DNA of 59,761 bases, the filler included, from Nemertoderma westbladi (Eukaryota; Animalia; Xenacoelomorpha), in assembly GCA_032718475.1 (NCBI GenBank). It is 3 parts of 3 records of this genome, joined end to end, with 100 filler letters (N's around TTAATTAATTAA, not from the genome) between each part and the next. Parts side by side here need not be neighbours in the genome. Positions count along the whole stretch, not along the records: positions 1 to 20,596 come from JAUCBJ010001722.1; 2 more parts are not named here. One strand, 5' to 3'. Position numbers and translations under genes: made by a program. The notes beneath the pieces are model-generated. The model worked only from the letters and a program-made list of their open reading frames with translations. It searched no databases and was not told where the DNA came from. Below, in pieces: positions 1 through 11,500 of this stretch. Position 1 is the first letter of the stretch; each line of letters starts with the position of its first letter.

Positions 1-1268
1 TATGCTCCATAAGCTCACTTTGGCGTCTCTCTAATTCTTTTCGCTCACACTCATCCCTTGCCATTCTCTCCCTACACTCCCGTTTGCTCTGTTCAGCCAA
101 CTCTGCCACTCTCCTAGCTCCCTCCCATCGCCTTGCCTCACGCTCCTTGCGTTCCTTTTCCTCTCTCGCCTCATGCTCCTTACGTTCCGCCTCATCTCTC
201 CCATCACGCTCCTTACGTTCCGCCTTCTCTCTCGCCTCACGCTCCTTGCGTTCCGCCTCCTTTCTCGCCTCACGCTCCTTGCGTTCCGCCACACGCTCCT
301 CTTGTTCCTTTCTCTCTATTTCCTCACACTCCCTAAGGCTTCTCACGGCCCTTTCGGCCCTCTCTCCGGTTTCTCTGATCAATGCCGTTTCCCTCTCTAG
401 CATCATTCTTCCCTCCTCTAACCGTTTATCTATTTCCCTTTGACCTTGCGCTATCAGGTCGAGATGGTACGCGGCATCTATCTCTCTCACCTGTCTTTCT
501 TTCGCGGAGGATGTAGCAGACTTATCGGTTATGACGGACTCCCTCCCTACTGACTTTCCCCCGCACCCCGGAACTTCCTCCGACCGACGAGGCCGAATCC
601 TCGGGGTTAACCTCGGATTCGCCCCCCTCAGGTCTCTCCCAACCCACTAATTTTACTCCCCGGGCATCGACTAAGTATGGCCCTATGTACACTACGCTAG
701 GTTCCATACCCCTACACTCCCATAGTTCAATCAGTTCGTTGGCAACTCCCCTCGCCCTCTCCTCGGCTGGTTCTCTCTGCCCAAAACGCATTAGGTAATC
801 AAAGTGTTTATTCGACTCACCTAGTCGTTTCCTCAGTCTCACCTCGTCTATCTTCGCCCCTCCTTTGGCCTCTCTCAGTCGCTCCCTGGTCGCGAGGTAG
901 GCTCGTCGAAGTCGATCAGAAACCCCGACATCCTCGTCGCCGACCTCTCTTCCGTCTCTCCGGGTCCGACGTTGTACCGACGGCCCCACCGTCGCCGTTC
1001 CGGTGGACCGTTCGTCGTCCTCGGCCTGTGGCTGGCCGGCGACATCGGTACGTCGACCCTCGCTCCGCGTCGACTCGTCTTTCTCCCTTTCGACTCCCGA
1101 CTCGTCTCTCCCTTCTCGTTGTAGACGGCCCCCCTCCGTTTGGATTGCCAGATCGTCTGTAGTCGACGGATCCGGCGTCGTGGGTCGATGCCGTCTCGCC
1201 ACGGCCTCGCGGATCATTAGGTTGTCGCCCGGGGTCCACGGCGGTGTCGTCTCTCCTATTCGGCTCAT
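1..1268 (-). pseudogene. gag-like protein N-terminus with long E/R/K coiled coil; one frameshift near 525-570
   Basis: ORF 1268-522 (ATG start) ends after ...VNPEDSASSVG. The +1 frame continues open (ESVITDKSATSSAKERQVREID...ERKEREARKEAERKE...ELMEH) to position 1. A PxDSxSxVG motif followed by a coiled coil recalls BEL/Pao gag N-termini (inference from memory). Confidence 0.6.
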
Positions 1269-1318
1269 CTTTGTCTTTGGTGGCTGGCAGCCACAGTCTG
1301 TCAGTTGGTTGGATCTAG

Positions 1319-1422
1319 TTCTATCACTGTTAGGGCAGCTGCTAGGATTCTATCACTGTTAGGGTAGCTGCTGGTGTTCTATCACTGTCAGGGCAGCTGG
1401 GTGGATCTAATTCTATCACTGT
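1319..1422 (-). repeat. four ~29-34 bp leader repeats, each containing ACAGTGATAGAA (minus strand), at the PBS position
   Basis: TTCTATCACTGT on + at 1319, 1348, 1377 and 1411. The last copy overlaps the LTR end. Confidence 0.8.
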
Positions 1423-1941
1423 GACGGGATCTACGGATCCCGGTTTATCCGTTGGGTTTTCTATCTACGCGTCCCCGCCGTGTGTGAAAGGTAAAAGAGT
1501 TCTGATGTTCGGTAATATGTATAAAGGTATAATATAGTTGACATATATAGTATAGTATGACACGGTTACCGGTAGATAAGTATGATGGCGGTAGCGGACG
1601 GTGATAGAAGTCACCGTTCCACCCTACTGAGCTGACTGAGTAAACTGAATAACTGATTGCATCGACCGGTAATATATATTGCACGGTTTGGCCTTGTTAC
1701 AGTACCTAGTCGATGCTGTCCCCCCATTGGCTAATATCCCTGTTGGCACCCTTTGGAGTGTTTCCCTTCACTCCCTGTGTTCTCTCTCGGTTAGGGGTTT
1801 GGCCCCTGACCCCTATTGTGTGTTTCTCCTTCCCACTTTGTTGGGGTGACACGAGTTATTGGTTACCCAATCTCGTGGCCCCCAATATTGCTTAATGGCT
1901 CACTCTATTTGTTTGTGTTAGCGGAATTGGATAAGCTAACA
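1420..1941 (-). repeat. LTR (522 bp), copy A
   Basis: Minus strand TGTTAG...GTCACA. Homologous to 13944-14480 and preceded by a PPT. TATA-like motif at about 1671-1678 and TCAGT initiator-like motifs at about 1644-1656 on the minus strand. Confidence 0.85.
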
Positions 1942-1979
1942 CTCCCCCCCATGCTATCTTCCCGGTGAGAAGATAGCAT
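1942..1979 (-). promoter_or_regulatory. polypurine tract plus adjacent 11-bp stem-loop
   Basis: GGGGGGGAG abuts the LTR TG. Perfect stem ATGCTATCTTC/GAAGATAGCAT at 1951-1979, identical at 14490-14518. Confidence 0.8.
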
Positions 1980-2250
1980 CCAACTCAAGTGCGCTACAAT
2001 TTCGCTGGATCCCGATCTATTATCGGGTGTGGGGTGGGTCTATTTTTTCGGAGTCGGCTTTCCAGGCCGCTCCCTATGGGTATGATGTCACTACCCTCTG
2101 GCGTCTCGTTTTGGGCCGATCGTGCGCTTCTCTCACACAATTTTTGTTTCCCCGGCACTCTCACCACTCTAGCTCCGCTCTCTAACTCAACTCCCCAGTC
2201 TTACTCTCTCCCCACACCTGAATCGCACTCTAACTTCTCTCCATTGTTTC

Positions 2251-4858
2251 TCCAGTGCAAACCTATTTAATTTATATAATCCAGTGAAAACCTACTCCAT
2301 TTATATAATCCAGTGCAAACCTATTCAACTTATATAATCCAGTGCAAACCTATTCAATTTATATAATCCAGTGCAAACCTATTCAATTTATATAATCCAG
2401 TGCAAACCTATTCAATTTATATAATCCAGTGCAAACCTATTCAGCGTATATAATCCAGTGCAAACCTATTCAATTTATATAATCCAGTGCAAATCTATGC
2501 AATTTATATAATCCAGTACAAACCTATTCAATTTATATAATCCAGTGCAAACCTATTCAACTTATATAATCCAATGCAAACCTATTCAATTTATATAATC
2601 CAGTGCAAACCTATTCAACTTATATAATCCAGTGCAAACCTATTCAATTTATATAATCCAGTGCAAACCTATTCAATTTATATAATCCAGTGCAAACCTA
2701 TTCAATTTATATAATCCAGTGCAAACCTATTTAATTTATATAATCCAATGCAAACCTATTTAATTTATATAATCCAGAGCAAACCTATGCAATTTATATA
2801 ATCCAGTTCAAACCTATTCAATTTATATAATCCAGTGCAAACCTATTCACTTTATATAATCCAGTGCAAACCTATTCAATTTATATAATCCAGTGCAAAC
2901 CTATTTAATTTATATAATCCAGTGAAAACCTACTCCATTTATATAATCCAGTGCAAACCTATTCAACTTATATAATCCAGTGCAAACCTATTCAATTTAT
3001 ATAATCCAGTGCAAACCTATTCAATTTATATAATCCAGTGCAAACCTATTCAATTTATATAATCCAGTGCAAACCTATTTAATTTATATAATCCAATGCA
3101 AACCTATTTAATTTATATAATCCAGAGCAAACCTATGCAATTTATATAATCCAGTTCAAACCTATTCAATTTATATAATCCAGTGCAAACCTATTCAATT
3201 TATATAATCCAGTGCAAACCTATGCAATTTATATAATCCAGTGCAAACCTATTCAATTTATATAATCCAGTGCAAACCTATTCAATTTATATAATCCAGT
3301 GCAAACCTATTCAGCGTATATAATCCAGTGCAAACCTATTCAATTTATATAATCCAGTGCAAACCTATTCAATTTATATAATCCAGTGCAAACCTATTCA
3401 ACGTATATAATCCAGTGCAAACCTATTCAATTTATATAATCCAGTGCAAACCTATTTAATTTATATAATCCAGAGCAAACCTATGCAATTTATATAATCC
3501 AGTTCAAACCTATTCAATTTATATAATCCAGTGCAAACCTATTCAATTTATATAATCCAGTGCAAACCTATTCAACTTATATAATCCAGTGCAAACCTAT
3601 TCAATTTATATAATCCAGTGCAAACCTATTCAATTTATATAATCCAGTGCAAACCTATTTAATTTATATAATCCAGTGAAAACCTACTCCATTTATATAA
3701 TCCAGTGCAAACCTATTCAACTTATATAATCCAGTGCAAACCTATTCTATTTATATAATCCAGTGTAAACCTATTCAATTTATATAATCCAGTGCAAATC
3801 TATTCAATTTATATAATCCAGTGCAAACCTATTTAATTTATATAATCCAGTGCAAACCTATTTAATTTATATAATCCAGAGCAAACCCATGCAATTTATA
3901 TAATCCAGTTCAAACCTATTCAATTTATATAATCCAGTGCAAACCTATTCAATTTATATAATCCAGTGCAAACTTATGCAATTTATATAATCCAGTGCAA
4001 ACCTATTCAATTTATATAATCCAGTGCAAACCTATTCAATTTATATAATCCAGTGCAAACCTATTCAATTTATATAATCCAGTGCAAACCTATTCAACTT
4101 ATATAATCCAGTGCAAACCTATTCAATTTATATAATCCAGTGCAAACCTATTCAATTTATATAATCCAATGCAAACCTATTCAATTTATATAATCCAGTG
4201 CAAACCTATTCAATTTATATAATCCAGTGCAAACCTATTTAATTTATATAATCCAGTGCAAACCTATTCAACTTATATAATCCAGTGCAAACCTATTCAA
4301 TTTATATAATCCAGTGCAAACCTATTCAATTTATATAATCCAGTGCAAACCTATTCAATTTATATAATCTTGTGCAAACCTATTCAATTTATATAATCCA
4401 GTGCAAATCTATTCAATTTATATAATCCAGTACAAACCTATTCAATTTATATAATCCAGTGCAAACCTATTCAACTTATATAATCCAATGCAAACCTATT
4501 CAATTTATATAATCCAGTGCAAACCTATTCAACTTATATAATCCAGTGCAAACCTATTCAATTTATATAATCCAGTGCAAACCTATTCAATTTATATAAT
4601 CCAGTGCAAACCTATTCAATTTATATAATCTTGTGCAAACCTATTCAATTTATATAATCCAATGCAAACCTATTCAATTTATATAATCCAGTGCAAACCT
4701 ATTCAATTTATATAATCCAGTGCAAACCTATTCAATTTATATAATCCAGTGCAAACCTATTTAATTTATATAATCCAGTGCAAACCTATTCAATTTATAT
4801 AATCCAGTGCAAACCTATTCAATTTATATAATCCAGTGCAAACCTATTCAATTTATAT
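2251..4858. repeat. 29-bp tandem satellite, about 90 copies
   Basis: Unit TCCAGTGCAAACCTATTCAATTTATATAA repeated head-to-tail with few variants. Confidence 0.97.
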
Positions 4859-5547
4859 ATTTCCTCCAATAGTTTGTTTCATTCACATTTATCCCTCAAC
4901 CAATAAAAATCCTAGTAATTTCTGTAATTAATTTCTGTGTTGGTACTTTTAGATTTATTGCCATTGTTGGTATGAAGAGAAGAGACATAATATTACGAAT
5001 TATGTCGATGAAACATTTTTATTTGATTATTTTGATTATTTTATTTTATTTTTATAAAAGTTATTTGATGTAGGTGTTTAGTGTAGTAGATTTGACATCG
5101 ACATGCAGCTGATAAAATAGCTAGTCGGGACAGTCGGGACTTACCATATATGTCATCCATAATAACTGAGTATTCCAAATTAAAGTGCAATATAGTTTGC
5201 CAGGTATATAACTTGCACCTGTAATAAAAGAATAGTACTGTAGTATAGTAACTTCATTTTTACTATAAATAATTCATTGTTACTTAAGGAAGGGGGGGGG
5301 GGGGGGACTATTAAACTAAGAATTTTCGTTCTCTTATTTATGAGACTTCGTTTTACCCAAATTTATTTGCATTTGGTTCACATTTATAGAATTAATAGGT
5401 GGAAAAAAATTTCAAAAAAATTTCTCAAAATTTTTAATTTTTAACCTAATTAACATAATTCATGCAATTATTTTTTGAAATGCAAAGGCATTTAAAGAGT
5501 AAGGCAACGATTTTGAAAATTTCTTCTGCAACAATCGCGAAATCACG

Positions 5548-8500
5548 AAATGTCGCGATCGATATTTTATGTCTACCAATACCATAGGTGGAGCTTCGCA
5601 AATGTCGCGATCTTCGTGATATTTTGTGTTTACCAATACTATAGGTGGAGCTTCGCAAATGTCGCGATCTTCGTGATATTTTGTGTTTACCAATACTATA
5701 GACGGAGCTTCACAAATGTCGCGATCTTCGTGATGTTTTGTGTTTACCAATACTATAGGTGGAGCTTCGCAAATGTCGCGATCTTCGCGATATTTTGTGT
5801 TTACCAATACTATAGGTGGAGCTTCACAAACGTCGCGATCTTCGTGATATTTTGTGTTTACCAATACTATAGACGGAGCTTCGCAAATGTCGCGATCTTT
5901 GTGATGTTTTGTGTTTACCAATACTATAGGTGGAGCTTCGCAAATGTCGCGATCTTCGCGATATTTTGTGTTTACCAATACTATAGGTGGAGCTTCGCAA
6001 ATGTCGCGATCTTCGTGATGTTTTGTGTTTACCAATACTATAGGTGGAGCTTCGCAAACGTCGCGATCTTCGTGATATTTTGTGTTTACCAATACTATAG
6101 ACGGAGCTTCACAAACGTCGCGATATTTTGTGTTTACCAATACTATAGGCGGAGCTTCGGAAATGTAGCGATATTTTATGTTCACCAATACTATAGGTGA
6201 AGCTTCACAAATGTCGCGATATTTTGTGTTTACCAATACTATAGGTGGAGCTTCACAAACGTCGCGATATTTTGTGTTTACCAATACTATAGGTGGAGCT
6301 TCGCAAATGTCGTGATCTTCGCGATATTTTGTGTTTACCAATACAATAGGTGGAGCTTCGCAAATGTCGCGATCTTCGCGATATTTTGTGTTTACCAATA
6401 CAATAGGTGGAGCTTCGCGAACATCGCGATCTTCATGATATATTGTGTTTACCAATGCTATAGGTGGAGCTTCAGAAATGTCGCTATCATCGCGATATTT
6501 TGTGTTTACCAATACTATAGGTGGAGCTTCGCGAACGTCGCAATATTTTGTGTTTACCAATACTATAGTTAGAGCTTCGCAAGCATCACGATCTTCGTGA
6601 TATTTTGTGTTTACCAATACTATACGTGGAGCTTCGCAAACATTGCGATCTTTGTGATATTTTGTGTTTACCAATACTATAGGTGGAGCTTCGCAAACGT
6701 CTTGATCTTCGCGATATTTTGTGTTTACCAATACAATAGGTGGAGCTTTGCAAACGTCGCAATCTTCGCGATATTTTGTGTTTACCAATACAATAGGTGG
6801 AGCTTCGCAAACGTCGCGATCTTCGCGATATTTTGTGTTTACCAATACAATAGGTGGAGCTTCGCAAACGTCGCGATCTTCGCGATATTTTGTGTTTACC
6901 AATACAATAGGTGGAGCTTCGCAAACGTCGCGATCTTCGCGATATTTTGTGTTTACCAATACAATAGGTGGAGCTTCGCAAACGTCGCGATCTTCGTGAT
7001 ATTTTGTGTTTACCAATACAATAGGTGGAGCTTCGCAAACGTCGCGATCTTCGCGATATTTTGTGTTTACCAATACAATAGGTGGAGCTTCGCAAACATC
7101 GCGATCTTCGCAATATTTTGTGTTTACCAATACAATAGGTGGAGCTTTGCAAACGTCGCGATCTTCGCGATATTTTGTGTTTACCAATACAATAGGTGGA
7201 GCTTCGCAAACGTCGCGATCTTCGTGATATTTTGTGTTTACCAATACAATAGGTGGAGCTTCGCAAACGTCGCGATCTTCGCGATATTTTGTGTTTACCA
7301 ATACTATAGGTGGAGCTTCGCAAACGTCGCGATCTTCGCGATATTTTGTGTTTACCAATACAATAGGTGGAGCTTCGCGAACATCGCGATCTTCATGATA
7401 TATTGTGTTTACCAATGCTATAGGTGGAGCTTCAGAAATGTCGTTATCATCGCGATATTTTGTGTTTACCAATTCTATAGGTGGAGCTTTGCGAATGTCG
7501 CGATATTTTGTGTTTACCAATACTATAGGTGGAGCTTCGCAAATGTCGTGATCTTCGCGATATTTTGTGTTTACCAATACTATAGGTGGAGCTTCGCAAA
7601 TGTCGTGATCTTCGCAATATTTTGTGTTTACCAATACAATAGGTGGAGCTTCGCAAACGTCGCGATCTTTGCGATATTTTGTGTTTACCAATACAATAGG
7701 TGGAGCTTCGCAAACGTCGTGATCTTCGCGATATTTTGTGTTTACCAATACAATAGGTGGAGCTTCGCGAACATCGCGATCTTCATGATATATTGTGTTT
7801 ACCAATGCTATAGGTGGAGCTTCAGAAATGTCGCTATCATCGCGATATTTTGTCTTTTCCAATACTATAGGTGGAGCTTCGTGAACGTCGCGATATTTTG
7901 TGTTTACCAATACTATAGTTAGAGCTTCGCAAGCATCACGATCTTCGTGATATTTTGTGTTTACCAATACTATACATGGAGCTTCGCGAACATCGCGATC
8001 TTCACGATATTTTGTGTTTACCAGGTGGAGCTTCGCAAATGTTGCGATCTTCGTGATATTTTTTGTTTACCAATACTATAGGTGGAGCTTCGCGAACGTC
8101 GGGATATTTTGTGTTTACCAGTACTATAGTTAGAGCTTCGCAAACGTTGCGATCTTTGTGATATTTTGTGTTTACCAATACTATAGTTGGAGCTTCGCAA
8201 ACGTCTCGATCTTCGTGATATTTTTTGTTTACCAATACTATAAGTGGAGCTTCACGAATGTCGCAATATTTTGTGTTTACCAATACTATAGTTAGAGCTT
8301 TGCGAACGTCGGGATATTTTGTGTTTACCAGTACTATAGTTAGAGCTTCGCAAACGTTGCGATCTTCGTGATATTTTGTGTTTACCAATACTATAGATGG
8401 AGCTTCGGAAATGTCGCGATCTTCGCGATATTTTTTGTTTACCAATACTATAGGTGGAGCTTCGCAAATGTCGCGATCTTCGTGATATTTTGTGTTTACC

Positions 8501-11500
8501 AATACTATAGATGGAGCTTCGGAAATGTCACGATCTTCGCGATATTTTTTGTTTACCAATACTATAGGTGGAGCTTCGCAAATGTCGCGATCTTCACGAC
8601 ATTTTTTTTTACCAATATTATAAGGTGGAGCTTTGCGAACATCGCGATCTTCACGATATTTTTTGTTTACCAATAATATAGGTGGAGCTTCGCAAGCATA
8701 GCGATCTTTGTGATATTTTGTGTTTACAAATACAATAGGTGGAGCTTCGCAAATGTCGCGACCTTCGCGATATTTTTTGTTTGCCAATACTATAGGTGGA
8801 GCTTCGCGAACATCACGATCTTCACAATATTTTGTGTTTACCAATACTATAAGGTGGAGCTTCGGAAATGTTGCGATCTTCGCGATATTTTGTGTTTATA
8901 TATACTATAGGTGGAGCTTCGCGAACGTCGCGATATTTTGTGTTTACAAATACTATAGTTGGAGCTTCGCGAACGTTGTGATATTTTGTGTTTACCAATA
9001 CTATAGGTGGAGCTTCACAAACGTCGCAATCTTTGTGATATTTTGTGTTTACCAATACTATAAGGTGGAGCTTCGGAAATGTCGCGATCTTCGCGATATT
9101 TTGTGTTTATATATACTATAGTTGGAGCTTCGCGAAAGTCGCGATATTTTGTGTTTACCAATACTATAGGTGGAGCTTCACAAATATCGCGATCTTCGTG
9201 ATATTTTGTGTCTCCCAATACTATAGGTGGAGCTTCGCAAACGTCGCGATCTTCGCTATATTTTGTATTTACCAATAATAGAGGTGGAGCTTCTCAAGCA
9301 TCGCGATCTTCGTGATATTTTGTGTTTACCAATACTATAGGTGGAGCTTCGCAAATGTCGTGATCTTCGCGATATTTTGTGTTTACCAATACAATAGGTG
9401 GAGCTTCGCAAACGTCGCGATCTTCGCGATATTTTGTGTTTACCAATACAATAGGTGGAGCTTGCGAACATCGCGATCTTCATGATATTTTGTGTTTACC
9501 AATACTATAGGTGGAGCTTCGCGAACGTCGCGATATTTTGTGTTTACCAATACTATAGTTAGAGCTTCGCAAGCATCACGATCTTCGTGATATTTTGTGT
9601 TTACCAATACTATACGTGGAGCTTCGCAAACGTCGCGATCTTCGCGATATTTTGTGTTTACCAATACTATAGGTGGAGCTTCGCAAACGTCTCGATCTTC
9701 GCGATATTTTGTGTTTACCAATACAATAGGTGGAGCTTCGCAAACGTCGCGATCTTCGCGATATTTTGTGTTTACAAATACTATACGTGGAGCTTCGCAA
9801 ACGTCACGATCTTCGCGATATTTTGTGTTTACCAATACTATAGGTGGAGCTTTGCAAACGTCTCGATCTTCGCGATATTTTGTGTTTACCAATACAATAG
9901 GTGGAGCTTCGCAAACGTCTTGATCTTCGCGATATTTTGTGTTTACCAATACAATAGGTGGAGCTTCGCAAACGTCGCGATCTTCGCGATATTTTGTGTT
10001 TACCAATACAATAGGTGGAGCTTCGCAAACGTCGCGATCTTCGCGATATTTTGTGTTTACCAATACAATAGGTGGAGCTTCGCAAACGTCGCGATCTTCG
10101 CGATATTTTGTGTTTACCAATACAATAGGTGGAGCTTCGCAAACGTCGCGATCTTCGTGATATTTTGTGTTTACCAATACAATAGGTGGAGCTTCGCAAA
10201 CGTCGCGATCTTCGCGATATTTTGTGTTTACCAATACAATAGGTGGAGCTTCGCAAACATCGCGATCTTTGCGATATTTTGTGTTTACCAATACAATAGG
10301 TGGAGCTTCGCAAACGTCGCGATCTTCGCGATATTTTGTGTTTACCAATACTATAGGTGGAGCTTCGCAAACGTCGCGATCTTCGCGATATTTTGTGTTT
10401 ACCAATACATATAGGTGGAGCTTCTGCAAACGTCGCGATCTTCGCGATATTTTGTGTTTACCAATACAATAGGTGGAGCTTCGCAAACGTCGCGATCTTC
10501 GCGATATTTTGTGTTTACCAATACAATAGGTGGAGCTTCGCAAACGTCGCGATCTTCGCGATATTTTGTGTTTACCAATACTATAGGTGGAGCTTCGCAA
10601 ACGTCGCGATCTTCGCGATATTTTGTGTTTACCAATACAATAGGTGGAGCTTCGCAAACGTCGCGATCTTCGTGATATTTTGTGTTTACCAATACAATAG
10701 GTGGAGCTTCGCAAACGTCGCGATCTTCGCGATATTTTGTGTTTACCAATACTATAGGTGGAGCTTCGCAAACGTCGCGATCTTCGCGATATTTTGTGTT
10801 TACCAATACTATAGGTGGAGCTTCGCAAACGTCGCGATCTTCGTGATATTTTGTGTTTACCAATACTATAGGTGGAGCTTCGCAAACGTCGCGATCTTCG
10901 CGATATTTTGTGTTTACCAATACTATAGGTGGAGCTTCGCAAACGTCGCGATCTTCGCGATATTTTGTGTTTACCAATACTATAGGTGGAGCTTCGCAAA
11001 CGTCGCGATCTTCGCGATATTTTGTGTTTACCAATACATATAGGTGGAGCTTCGCAAACGTCGCGATCTTCGCGATATTTTGTGTTTACCAATACAATAG
11101 GTGGAGCTTCGCAAACGTCGCGATCTTCGCGATATTTTGTGTTTACCAATACTATAGGTGGAGCTTCGCGAACATCGCGATCTTCACGATATTTTGTGTT
11201 TACCAATACTATAGGTGGAGCTTCGCAAATGTCGCGATCTTCGCGATATTTTGTGTTTACCAATACTATAGGTGGAGCTTCGCGAACGTCGCGATATTTT
11301 GTGTTTACCAATACTATAGTTGGAGCTTCGCGAACGTTGTGATATTTTGTGTTTACCAATACTATAGGTGGAGCTTCACAAACGTCGCAATCTTCGTGAT
11401 ATTTTGTGTTTACCAATACTATAGGTGGAGCTTCGGAAATGTCGCGATCTTCGCGATATTTTGTGTTTACCAATACTATAGGTGGAGCTTCGCGAACGTC

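Larger units (their letters stand above)
1..2250 (-). mobile_element. LTR retrotransposon, copy A (3' UTR + PPT + LTR + leader + gag-like ORF, running off the window start)
   Basis: TG...CA-bounded LTR at 1420-1941 with a PPT at 1942-1950. Sequence 1420-~2200 is clearly homologous to 13944-~14730. A purine-rich gag-like ORF lies downstream on the minus strand. Truncated on the right by the 29-bp satellite. Confidence 0.8.

Noticed and set aside
84-1362. Plus-strand ORFs over the gag-like region (also 15089-16590)
   Set aside because: Antisense shadows of GC-rich retroelement coding sequence.
2251-4858. CRISPR-like repeat lengths (also the 30, 31, 35 and 37-bp arrays)
   Set aside because: Units are head-to-tail with no unique spacers, there are no cas genes, and the context is eukaryotic.
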